From Azolla caroliniana (taxonomy: Eukaryota; Plantae; Polypodiophyta): DNA of 64,000 nucleotides. A program made the position numbers and the translations under genes. The notes beneath the pieces are model-generated. The model saw nothing but the letters and a program-made list of their open reading frames with translations, searched no databases and had not been told where the DNA came from. The stretch covers positions 7,254,001 to 7,318,000 of the forward strand of contig JBHGNT010000011.1 of NCBI GenBank assembly GCA_043228905.1, given 5' to 3'. Of this stretch, positions 37,083-49,023 are shown one piece after another (within the stretch, counting starts at the first letter, position 1; each line of letters opens with the position of its first letter).

Positions 37083-40000
37083 TGTCAAAGTTAATATGGG
37101 TAAGCTTTGATAAACTGGTTTATCCGGATAGCAACAGAAAACAAAGACAAGGTTTAATGGAAGCTGGAATCACAGAGACAAAGAGCGAAAGAGATAGAGA
37201 GAGTAGAATAGTAGAAACTTAATTCAAAATAACAACACTCTATCAATACAATGTGTTCAGTGAGCACTTTTATACAAGTTCTTAAAGGACTGACAGAAGT
37301 ACTAACAAGTACTTCAATGCTCATACGAGCGACTGACACCGACTCCAATAAATATTCCTACGTACTAGGCTAGATTCGTAGGCCTCTAACACCCTATTGG
37401 TTACAATCCGATCCGGCTCCTGGTTCCGGATGCCATCCGAACACCGATCTAGTTCTTTGTCCCGGACCCTGATCTAGCTCCGGCTTGTTCAGACGATCCG
37501 GATCAGGTTGAGCTTGTCCGCTCAACATTCCCCTTCAAGCTCAACTTGAGGTCCAATCATAGTGTTAGTGTTCGTGTCTATCGGTCCTTTCCCTTGGCTC
37601 CACATGTCGTCCTCCAGCCTAGCTCGCAGTCCTCGTCCGGTTTGGTTCGTCTTCTCGCGATGCGTCCAGTTCCGCGCACCTCAACCTTCTCGGTCGGCTT
37701 GTCTGCTTAGAAGGCCCATCTTAGATCCTTTGTTGTTGTGACTCTGGCACGTCTGGACCCGTCGGTTCCTCCGTGTTGGTGTCGGCTTCCGTTGCCTCCT
37801 TGTCCGTTTGGCCTGTAGTTGTTCCGACTCCTCTGAATCAAGCACTGCTTCTAAATCGGGTGACTCCCATTCGTTCCAACTCTTGTCCGAAGTGGTTGTC
37901 TCCAACTTGTCCTCAATCTTTAGGCCCTTTACCACATCGGACCATGTCCGGGTCTTGGCTTTCCAGTCGGCTCTATCCTTCATGATTATGCCGTTGTCGC
38001 TGCTTGTTCCAACTTTATCGGATGTGCCGACTTCTTCAGTCGACTCGGCTTGCTTTTTCTTCTTGTCTCCCCCTATTTTCCCGCTTTCCATTCCGGTTTT
38101 GGTTCTCCCCCTCAAGTGCAACATGTTGAGATGCTGAAGACCAAGAATATTTGAAAAATGTTGCAACTTTTCGGTTCCAAGGGCTTTCGTGAAGATGTCG
38201 GCACTCTGCTGATCCGTCCGAACATACCAAAGTTCCACTTCACCGCTGAGGACCCGCTCGCGCACAAAGTGATAACACATGGTTCTTGGCTAGCTGCATG
38301 TTGTTCATGTTGTCGCAGTAGATCGGGATCAGAGTCGGGACTTTGATCCGAGGGCCTTCTAGCAGTCGCCGAAGCCAAATGACTTCACAAGTGGCAACGG
38401 TAGTGCCCTAATATTCAACCTTAGTGCTTGACAGAACCACTATTGGCTGCTTTTTGATGCTCCACACAATAGTCGCGCTACCCAGAGAGAACATGAATCT
38501 GGATGTGGACCGTTGATCTAACACATCTCCACCCTGTTGGCATCTATATATCTGACTAGCTTCTTGGTTATACCACGTCGGTATAACAGTCCCCGATCCT
38601 TAGTGTCGCTGACATACCTCATTATTCGGTGCGTGCATTGAAGGTGCTCCATAGTCGGCTTCTGCATGAACTGACTTATCCCTCCGACCGGATAGCTAAT
38701 GTCGGGTTGGGTGATCGTCAAATAAATAAGGCTTTCGACAATTTGTTGAAACCGTTTCTCATCGCAGTCCGGTCCGGAGTCGGGACAAAGCTTTAGGTTC
38801 TAGTCTAGGGGTGTGTAGACTGATTGACAATTGGTCATGCCAAACTTGTAAAGCATATTCAACACATAATGTTGTTGAGATAACAATATGTCATTGGGGG
38901 TGTGGATCACTTCGATCTCGATGAAGTAATGAAGGTCCCCAAGGTTCTTCATTTCGAAATCTTCCGACAACTGGGACTTCACTTGACCGATTTCAGCAAG
39001 GTCAAGTCTGATGATGATCAGATCATCCACATATAACAAGATACATACCGGAATGAGATTGGACTCTCATCTAGAGTACCAAATCCTTCTTCATCTCCTA
39101 CCTGGATCATTTCGGGCTCACTGGCCTCATCGTTCGAAATCGGGTCGGAGTCGGTAGAGAGTACCATGATGCTGACTCATCAAATTTGACATCTCACCTC
39201 ACTCAAACTTGTTTTGTTCGGGGGTTATAGCACATATAACCCTCTTGCTCATGTGAGTAGTCAACAAGGATGCACTTCTCTGACTTCGGGTCCAGCTTTC
39301 TCCGCTTCTCATCCGGCACATGCACATATGCAATGCTACCAAATATCTTAAGGTGCCTTAAATTCGGCTTCCGCTCGAAATAGAGCTCGTGTGCTGACAC
39401 CTTATCCCCGTTCCGGATTTGGATGTAGACGATCCTCCGGACCACTTCGGCCCAGTAGAACTTGGGCATGCTCTTCTCTTCCAGCATTGCCCGTGCCACC
39501 TCCACAATTGACCGGTTCTTCCTTTCGGCCACACTATTTTGTTCCAGTGTGTATCGGCAACTAAAGTCCCTCTAAATTCCTTTCTACTGCAGATAACTGT
39601 TGAATTGGCCGGCAAAATATTCTCTTCCGCCATCCGACCGCAGGCACTTGATCTTCCTCTCCGTTTCCCGTTCTACAATACTTTGGAGTTTCTGGAAACA
39701 ACCGAAAACTTTGTTTTTCCTTTCGATTTGGTAGATCCATGTGTGTCGGCTGTAGTCGTCGATGAAGGAGACGAAATATCAGCTTCGGCCAAGACTAACA
39801 TTCTGTGTCGGTCCCCATATATCCTATGTATTAGATCGAGCTTGTTACGGCTCCGGTTTCTTTTGATGGGGAACAGAAGCCGGTGTTGCTTCCCGAGCTG
39901 GAAGGCTTCAGAAATTTGGGCCTTCTGGCCACGAAATTTTGGCAATCCAAAAACAACTTGTTTTGATTGTAGGTCTTGAAGCCTCTAATAGTTGATGTGG

Positions 40001-41674
40001 CCGATCCACTTGTGCCACAAGTCGATATCCAATTCGACCTTCTGTCCTTGAGTGAACAAAGAGATGCCAACGTCGTTGGTTTCGAGGATAAACATCCTCC
40101 CGTCCCGACGCCCTTGCACAATTATCCAGCCTTCATCCTCGATTAAGCACCCAAGGTGTGTGAACCACGCTTGCATCCCCTGGTTGACGATCTGCCCGAC
40201 TAACACCAGGTTCTTTGTGATTGTCGGGATGTGAACTACGTTCATAAGTTTCCCTTTTTGTCCAACATGACTCAAGGGAACTTCTTCGACATGCATGATA
40301 AGGTGAGGAGTGTCGTCTCTAATTTCGACAACTCCTGGCATACCACACTTCCTCCAATCCGGAAATGATCTTCTTCATTGAGTTTGCCTTGTGCTTCATC
40401 ATAAAGGCTGGCCCTATTCCAGTCTTACCAGTTCCGGATCCTTCCGATCTTTCTACATAGTGCGAGCTTTGTCAGTTCCCTTGTCCAACCTTGCCGGATC
40501 CGGATTTATCCGAATTGGTGTGCTTCTTCTAGCACTCGCTCTCTCAGTGGCCCTTCTTGCCACAATACCAGCATTCCGTGGTGGCTTTCGATTGCCGGTT
40601 TCCGGTGCCGCATTGACTCCTCTTGCTTGTGAAGGGTCCAGAATTGTTGTCGACACCATCTTTGTGCCTCCGATTCTGCACTTGGTAGCCGCCGCTATTG
40701 TGTGTCGACCCACGTAGTCCTCCACGCCCACGGGGCCGATCCGCCTCCGTGTACAACATCCGACTGTCTGATTGAGTGGTCCTTGACCCACTTGCGTGGT
40801 TTTCTTCGACCATCACATAGATTGCAGGTTGAAGAAGGATGGTGGTTTCTCTTGGGTGCAGATTGATGTTCGGATTAGCCAATACCATTGTGCTAGACCA
40901 CCGAGGCAGATCTGGACCATCTCTTCCTCGTCCACCGTCACGTTGATGGAATCGAGGCATTACAGATCTCCTCAATCTTGGTGGTGTAGTCGGTGACCAA
41001 CATGTCCCGTTGCCGGATATTGTTAAGCTCTTGCCGGAGCTACAACTTCTAAGTCGTGTACTTGCGGCAAAAGTCTTCCAGAGATTTTCCCAGGCCTCTT
41101 TTGGCGTCTTTGCCTCCCTGATGTAACCATGCATCTGGTCGTGCACACAGGACGAGTGACAGTACATTACTATACTCGCTCCTTGTTCCCATACCGAGAA
41201 GTCCTTATGTGCCGAATCCAGCGCTACTACATTTGCTCCTTCCACGTAGCTCTAGTATCGGTGCCGGTTTATCCAGATAGCAACAGAAAACAGAGACAAA
41301 GTTTAATGGAAGCTTGAATCACAGAGACAGAGAGCGGGAGAGACAGAGAGAGCAGAACAATAGAAACTTAATTCAAAATACAACACTTTGTGCATACAAT
41401 ATGCTCAATGAGCACTTTTATACAAGTCCTTAAAGGGTTGACAGAAGTGTTGACAAGTACTTCAATGCTCATACGAGCGACTAACGCAAATTCCCAAAAA
41501 TATGCCCACGTACTAGGCTAGATTTGTAGGCCTCTAACGGCCTACTAGTTACAATCTGATCTGGCTCCTGGTTCCGGATGCCATCTAGACACCAATCCGG
41601 TTCTTCGTTCCAAACTTCGATCCGGCTCTAGCTTGTTTAGACGATCGGATCCGATTGAGCTTGTCCGCTCAACA
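37083..41674 (-). mobile_element. Minus-strand copia (family B) with internal deletions
   Basis: 3' LTR 37083-37527 with PPT complement 37528-37536; partial 5' LTR from about 41262 to 41674; near-TSD GAAAG/AAAAG; gag, PR, IN, partial RT and RH ORF fragments; PBS deleted. Confidence 0.88.
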
Positions 41675-43029
41675 AAAAGCGCGAACATGTACTTCCACAT
41701 CGGTTGATGGGGGGGGGGGGGGGGAGCTAGCTTCACCCCCCTCCCAAGGGGGTTACGTTAGTGAGAGAGGTAGAGAGGAAGACAAATAGAAAATGACACA
41801 ATGTGAGGGGGGGGGGGAAATGTATATCCATTACTTGCCCCATAAGGGGTTTATATAATACATAATGTAACGGTAAATAATGACCATTACAAAAGAGATG
41901 ACCGTTACACTCTTGTCACATGCACATAATTGTCCATGTGCTCACACATACTCATCCTCACACTCATATACATTACACATACCAAACAACCCCTTTAACG
42001 TGTTTTACCCTTATACCACCTCGTACAACTCCTACGGGTAACATGTGTCAGTGTCGGAAACCTCCCATTCCACCGAGAAGGGATTATCGTTGGGTTGGTC
42101 GACCTCAGAGGTGTTACCGCTAGTCAAGTCGGGATCGGGCGTCCGATTCCAAGGAAGGTTGCTCCGTGAGAGCAGAGTCGATAATGCTCTCTACTTGTTC
42201 GGCATGTGAAGACATCGTCCGACTGCCTATTCCCTTGGGACACTTCGTTATGGCGACCAAATCTTTCTCCTACGCGTGTTCAGTGTGGACTCACAGTGTG
42301 AACTGGGTGTGCCAAATTGTGTTACTCCCTCCTGGAGGACACTTTCAATTACCCCTCTTGAGTAATCGGGTCAAGGTATGGTGGTGCGAAGGAGAGTTGG
42401 GATCGCAACGTGGGTCGGGATCATTAACCGAGTCGTTATGGAGTATATGATTTCCTAGGGCCCGCGATCATTATTTAGAATGTCCTACTTGGGGTAGGGT
42501 CACGACTGAGGGAATAAGGAGGATACGGTTTGGGATCGGCTACAACCGATCCTGATATACGTCTTTTACACAGACCAAACTTGATATATAGATATACATA
42601 TATAACAAAATAGAGATGAGACAGAACATTGAAGTTACCCACAAGATATATATATATATATATATATATTCAATTAAAGTGTAGCATACATATACAAATA
42701 CCGAGTATATTCGGTATTCACTCACTCACTCTCTATCAGTTTATTCCTATCGTGGTCCTCTATCTCCCCCCCCCCCCCCCCCCCCCCTCTTGTGTTCGTT
42801 AATCCCCATATATATAGTCTCTTCTACTTGGCGCTTGGTGCTTTCCACATGTTCCTTCCTTGTCATTCGGCTTCCCTCATTTTGGTTATTACTACTCAAC
42901 TCCCTTTGGTTCGTTTCATATTTATCGCACTTTTCCCACTTGTCCCACTGGGTAATAAAGAATGTTCAATGTGAAGAAGGTTTGAGGAAGAGAAGCATCC
43001 AACATCTCACCTGTTGGTCGGAAGATATG

Positions 43030-43860
43030 TTGCATATTGCAGGAGATATATAAAAACAACTCAAGATAGAGCGCATTTTAAGCCTACCTCCTGTATTCAA
43101 TCCTAGACAGAAGGTATTTCTGCGTGTATTTCACGATTCTAAGACATTGTCTACAAGTACGCTAAGTTTGCCCCATGGTTTTGTGGACCTTTCACAATCC
43201 TCAAATGCATTGGTCCATCAGCTTATTGTGTTGCTCTTCTTGATGGTGTCAAAATCCATCCAGTTTTTCATATAAACCACAGTTACAATTGACAATATAG
43301 TTACAATTGAAACTCAGTTTACTTTTGAAGATTTAGCTTCTAAACCACATGTATTAGAGAAAATTCTCGATGTTAAACAAAACACCATTAAATGGATGGA
43401 TAAGTCTAGGAAAGATGCTACATGGGAACAAGAAAACACCATTAAAACTATGAACTTCTCTAACTTTTCATTGCAAGAAGAAATGTTCTAAAGAGGGGGG
43501 GGGGGAGTATGTTAGGGGCATGACCATAATTTATATCATGGTAGTTTGTATCGTAATTCTACACACGAGGATAAAAGTTTGAGGGTTAACCAAGACTGTA
43601 AAGAAGGGAGGATTACTTTTAATCCTAGGAATTGACACAACCCATAAGGGCCAAGTGTGAACATGCTTGGGGGCCTTAGGTCTTGCTATAAATATGAGGT
43701 CTCACTACCCTCATTAGGGACATTATTTGACTACGTCGAGACTTTGATCTTGTGGTGAACAAACTCTTGTAGCGAGCACGTGCCAGTAACAAGTACGACT
43801 CAATGCCTTGGCAGTGGTATGGGATTTCGATCAAGGCTCTGCTTCGTCTTAATCCTTTTG
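43030..43860 (+). mobile_element. Old gypsy 3' remnant (integrase C-terminus, chromodomain-like segment, PPT, LTR start)
   Basis: Reads KFAPWFCGPFTILKCIGPSAYCVAL.DGVKIHPVFH and KWMDKS.KDATWEQE; purine tract at 43490-43507, then TGTTAGG at 43510. Confidence 0.6.
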
Positions 43861-43865
43861 CTCGG

Positions 43866-44322
43866 GTAACAATCGATAATGGTTCGATTTGAACTAAACC
43901 AAACCACAAAATCGCGGCTTAACGGTTTGAACGGTTCGATTCGGTTTAGGTTCAAGTTTTTTAAAAGGGTTCAGTTCTGTTTCAAGAGTTAGAAACTGTG
44001 GTTTAAACGGTTTAAGGGTTTTTTATTGTTTTTATTTTTATTATTTTTAAATTTTTAAAAAAAATTGTTTTTAAACAATCTTTTCATTTTTAGGCCTTAT
44101 TCTCACATTTTAGGAAAATCTTTAAAATTTTGAAATTTTAAAATAATGAAATATTTAAAATTTAAAAAAATTTAAAATTTAAAATTGAATTTTGACCTAA
44201 GTTGAAAACCAAAACTGAACCACAAAACCACGGTTTAACGGTTTCATGGTTCGGTTCGGGTTTCAAAATTTTTAAACGGTTTTGTTTTCACACTCTCAAA
44301 TCGAACTGTTGCCGATTGTTAC
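43866..44322. mobile_element. MITE-like non-autonomous DNA element
   Basis: Imperfect inverted ends of about 27 bp (GTAACAATCGATAATGGTTCGATTTGA vs reverse complement GTAACAATCGGCAACAGTTCGATTTGA); repeated AACC/CGGTT subterminal motifs; very AT-rich core; no clear TSD. Confidence 0.6.
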
Positions 44323-45091
44323 GCTCAAGGGTGCTTTGGTGGATCAACACCCTTCTGTCTCTCTCTTCCTCTTTGTTATCATTTAATTTCTTGTCTTATG
44401 CTTACATTAGGTCCAATAATCTATAACACATGGAGTAGCTTAAAAGGAGTAGATAGATAAAGATGTTAGAGATGTAGGATTTGTGGGTAGAGTTTTTGTT
44501 TAGAGGATCATTGAGAGTGCTTCCTTGCCTCTTGTCATTCGTGGTCTCCAACACCCTCTTGATTCGCTACTCCAAACGCTTCTGAGCTTTCGGTTGTGAT
44601 TCCCCATTTATCCAAAAAAATCCCCTTGCGATGAGCTTTCCTCTTTTATAGGCGTTAGGAGCACCTCACACAAATAAAAAACGTAGTGTAAGCAAAATGG
44701 TTATATCAATGACCATCGATTTGCATTCTCCTTGTTAATTCCATTGATGTTCACTTAACCTCTTGTAGTTCAGTAACATTCAAACCTCTAACCTTCATCT
44801 CTAAGTGCAAGCTCTTGATGATTGAGCTATGACCTTTTGTTGTCTTTAATTTTGACTTCCTGATGACCTTGGTTTCATACTTTTTTCCTACCCTTCAATC
44901 GCTCTATATCCGGTTTAACCCATTTTCTCATGTGTGCTCCACACATCATAAGGAAGAGGTCATAACAGAGGATCAAGATGCAACATGAAGACATGCATGC
45001 ATACATACATACATAAATACATATATCTGGTTTAACCCATTTCCTCATGTGTGATCCACACATCATGACAACATCATGAGGAAGAGCTCAT

Positions 45092-48000
45092 TGTTAGGAA
45101 ATAGGTCCCTCTGGATGGGATCCGGATGTGCCGGATCGGACGAGCCGAAGGAAGGAACCGGACCGGATGGGTCTGTAAGGTATTCGGGTATCGGACCAGA
45201 TGGATCCGGAAGGAGTTCGGCCAGATCCGGTATGAACTAGCAAATAAGAACATATTAGTAAATATGTTCAGACATGACCGTTGAGGTCATATTTGTACAT
45301 ATCCCTAAAGTTATATAAGTATAAATATAACCAGGGCAATAGCGTTCATTATGATGATTGTTATCATTATTGTTGTATAGAGATACAAAGAGATAGAGAG
45401 CGTGAGAGAGACAGATAAAGTTTTTTGTTGTAACCGTCGGTTGGTGAAGGCAGAGCTCGAGGTCGTTGCCTCCAAGTCTCCCATTGTATCTTTCCTCTCA
45501 TAGTGATAGTTGGAGTCAGTGGGCTCCCGTGGTTTTTCCCTTTTAGGGTTTTCCACGTTAACATTCGGTGTCGTCTCGTTCTATAGTGTTTAAAACTCGG
45601 TTGTGGCCGAGCACTATTCCGCACAATCTGGTATTAGAGCATGGAAGATCGGCGGCATTGTCAAGTTCACCGGCTCCAACTACCAAGTGTGGAAGTCGAA
45701 GATAAGGGACATGTTGGTGGTCAAAGATCTCTGGTTGCCGGTAGAATTTGGAGATGCAAAATCGGACAAGATCAATGTCGCGACTTAGGAGGTGATGCAT
45801 ATGAAAACGACGACATACATAAGATGTTTTATCGACGTGAGCCTGTACAACAACTTCAACGAAGAGAGTAAGGCTCATGTGCTCTGGGAGAAAATCGATA
45901 CCATGCTGGAGAGCAAAAATGCTATGAATCGGATCTCCGTATTCCGGAAGTTAGTGAGACTCCGATACCAAGACGGATCCAGTATGGCGGAACACATGAA
46001 TGACTTCCAGGGATTGATAAACGAAACAACATCATTGGAACTACCTCTAGCCAACGAGATACTCGCGTTGCTGTTGTTCGTTTCCCTCTCGGATAGTTGG
46101 GAGATGGTGGTTGTCACTTTGGGCAACGTTGGGCCGGAAGGAAAACACCTATCCCAAGCAAGGGTAAAATCTAGCTTGCTGGATGAAGAAGCTCGCCGGA
46201 AGGACCGGGAATCCGGAACCGATCCGAAGGCCTTGGTTATAGAAGAAGACCATAACTAGAGAAGAGGTTGGAATCGGAGTCCCCAGAACCGGGAAAAGTC
46301 GGGGACAAGGTTGAAGTCAAGAAGGAAGCCCATCTGCTTCTACTGTGGGAAGCTAGGGCACTTCCAGAAGAATTACCGACACTTCCGAAAGGAGAAAGGA
46401 ACCGACAATGCCGAATGCAAGAAGGGTCTGCACCGCAGGAGTTCGGATCGGAAAGGAATGACAACAATTGCGACAAGTGAAAAAGAATTGTTGCTTACCA
46501 CCGAGGAGAGCGAGCTACACCTTGTCAGCAATGAAACAACGTGGGTGGTCGACTCCGGAGTGTCATTCCATTTGACCCCTGTCCAGAAATGCTTCTTATT
46601 GTACAGAGTCGGAGATCATGATTGTGTCTAGATGGGGAATGAAGGTGCATGCCAGATAGTTGGCATAGTAGATGTGTGGTTGACTACGTCAACCTGGTGC
46701 TGATTGCTGCTGAAGGATGTCTGACATGTTTCGGAGGTTCGGTTGAACCTGATGTCAACCGGTCGGCTAGATGATGAAGGCTACACGGGCAACATTCTGA
46801 ACGGAGTCATGAAGTTCAGCAAAGGTGGCCCGAGCCCTAAAGATCAACACACTGTACCTAATGCATTTCTGGATATGTCGGGAAGAAGTGAACGTGGTAT
46901 CCGACAATGCCGATGAGTTGTGGCACAAGAGGTTGTGTCACAGGGCCCAGAAGGGGATGCATAAACTTGCCAAAGATAACCTCATTCTAGAGGTGAAAGA
47001 CGTGCGGCTTGAGAAGTGCATCGACTACTTGGCAGACAAGCAGAACCGAACCTCTTTCCGGACAAGACCACCGATGAGACGGAATGCACCGCTGGAACTT
47101 GTGCATATCAATGTATGCCAAGTGGACACGAAATCACATGCTGGCTCGTATTACTTCGTGATGTTCATAGAAGACCACAACCGGAAGTTGTGGGTCTCAC
47201 CGCTGAAGACGAAGGACCATGTATTATCCATCTTCAAGGAATTCCACGCGAGAGTGGAAAGGGAAACCGGCCGGAAGCTGAAGGTGGTTCGAGCGGACAA
47301 TGGAGACGAATATCGGGGGCAAATCGAGGAGTACTATTGGTCGAAGGGAATCCGTCTCGAATTCATCGTGCCAAAGTCACCGGAGCTAAACGGATTGGCC
47401 GAAAGGATGAACTAGAGAGTCTGAAGCATGCTAGCACATGCTAAGTTGTCCAAGATGTTTTGGGCTAAGGCGTTGATGACAACGACGTACATGATAAATA
47501 GATCTCCCTCAACGCTCTTGGACAAAGACACACCACAAAGAGTATGAATCGGCTATCGAGTGTGGGACTTGATCAACAAGAAGGTTTTCCAAAGTTGAGA
47601 CATTGTCTTTATGGAAGACAAGACCATTGCCGACTGGGAGTCGGAGAAGAAGACAACGAACTCCCGGTTGACTGATAGAGATCGGTCGGAACATACAAGG
47701 ACCTATCCGGCGCGAAGCCGGATGACACTTAAAGAACCGGCTGGAGTCGGACAAGAAACCAAACTGACCGAAGGAGAAGATTTGGACACCGAAACCGGAC
47801 AAGATCCCGAATCGGATTCGGATGAAGAACAAATGGAGGAACTGGTGGTCGAAAACCAAGGACGTAGATACCCTCTAAGAGAGAGAACCCCCCCTTGGAG
47901 ATTTCCGGATGCAGAGCATGTCTTATTGACCGACAAGGGGGAGCCGGAAAGCTTCAAAGAAGTAAAGAGAGACACCCACAACCACAAGTGGTTAAGTGCC

Positions 48001-48290
48001 ATGCAGGATGAGATGGATTCCTTGCATGAGAACCACACATATGAATTGACAGAGTTGCCAAAAGGAAAGCGCACTGGAACAAGTGAGTGTACAAGCTGAA
48101 ACCGGGAGACACTGGAAATCCATCTAGATACAAAGCCCGGATTGTGGTGAAGGGATTCCAACAGAAGAAAGGAGTGGACTTCAATGAGATCTTTGCCCCA
48201 GTACTAATGATGACATCCATCCAGACTGTGTTGAGCATAGCTACAAGCATGAACCTCGCTTGAGGTAGAGCAACTAAACGTCAAGACCGT
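45092..48290 (+). mobile_element. 5' half of a copia family A element, interrupted in RT by a gypsy insertion
   Basis: LTR 45092-45625, mutated PBS TGGTATTAGAGC at 45629-45640, gag/PR/IN/RT fragments homologous to 1203-3970. Confidence 0.9.
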
Positions 48291-48983
48291 TGTCGTGGAG
48301 AAAACCGTCCCTAGGCGGAAACCGGATATAGCGTGCGTAAACCGGCCCTTACACATGGGCACAAGTTCTGTTGTATAGTACGTAGACAGGTACAAGTTGG
48401 CTGAGGTGAAATCCTAGGTAGCACTCATTCACTAGGGAGAAAATCGAGGCGTATCCCTATCCGAAAGGACATGGAATAAACATGATGTAACGGGTAATAA
48501 CGGCCTCCCTCCTTGGGCTATACAAGAGAGGGAGAGGTATTGTCAAAGGGATCGCGTTTTGTAGAGGAGAAAGTGTTGCCGGACTGGAATCGAGCTCTTC
48601 TCCTCTATCTTCTCCATAGTCGTTCTGTGCAGGTTTTGGGAGGCTGACTCTGCTCCGCGGAACGCTCGAGTGCTTCCGGCAGAGTCTCCATCTCGCGTTC
48701 TGTGTGTGTGTGTGTGTGCAGACGTCGGAGCCTGTCACTCGCCGGCTGGCCAGTTGTAACTCCTCAATATACATACATACATACATACATATATATATAT
48801 ATATACATTCATTCTATCTCCATTGCTGAGGGCTAGTCGCAACTCCTATGAATCGGTGTGTGTGTGCCCGTGCGAAGCACATCGGTAATTTCCTTCCCCT
48901 CTTCTCATTAGGTAATTTCTCGGTCCAAGGCCCCCGTGGTCCCGCCTCATTCTCCACGCACGCGCGTAACTACGCGACATCTT

Positions 48984-49002
48984 TGGTGAACCCGACGTGA
49001 AT
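48984..49002 (+). promoter_or_regulatory. Primer binding site complementary to tRNA-Trp
   Basis: TGGTGAACCCGACGTGAAT is the reverse complement of the 3' end of plant cytosolic tRNA-Trp (...ATTCACGTCGGGTTCACCA), recalled from memory. Confidence 0.85.
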
Positions 49003-49023
49003 AGGAGGCAAAGGAATAGAAAG

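Noticed and set aside
41750-43000. Possible LTR or host promoter region with poly-G/poly-C and AT microsatellites
   Set aside because: No partner repeat, clear termini or coding motifs in the window, so it was left unannotated.
44900-45090. Short direct repeat (TATATC.GGTTTAACCCATTT.CTCATGTGTG..CCACACATCAT), about 120 bp apart
   Set aside because: Only two copies in decayed TE-like sequence, with no further structure to support a function.
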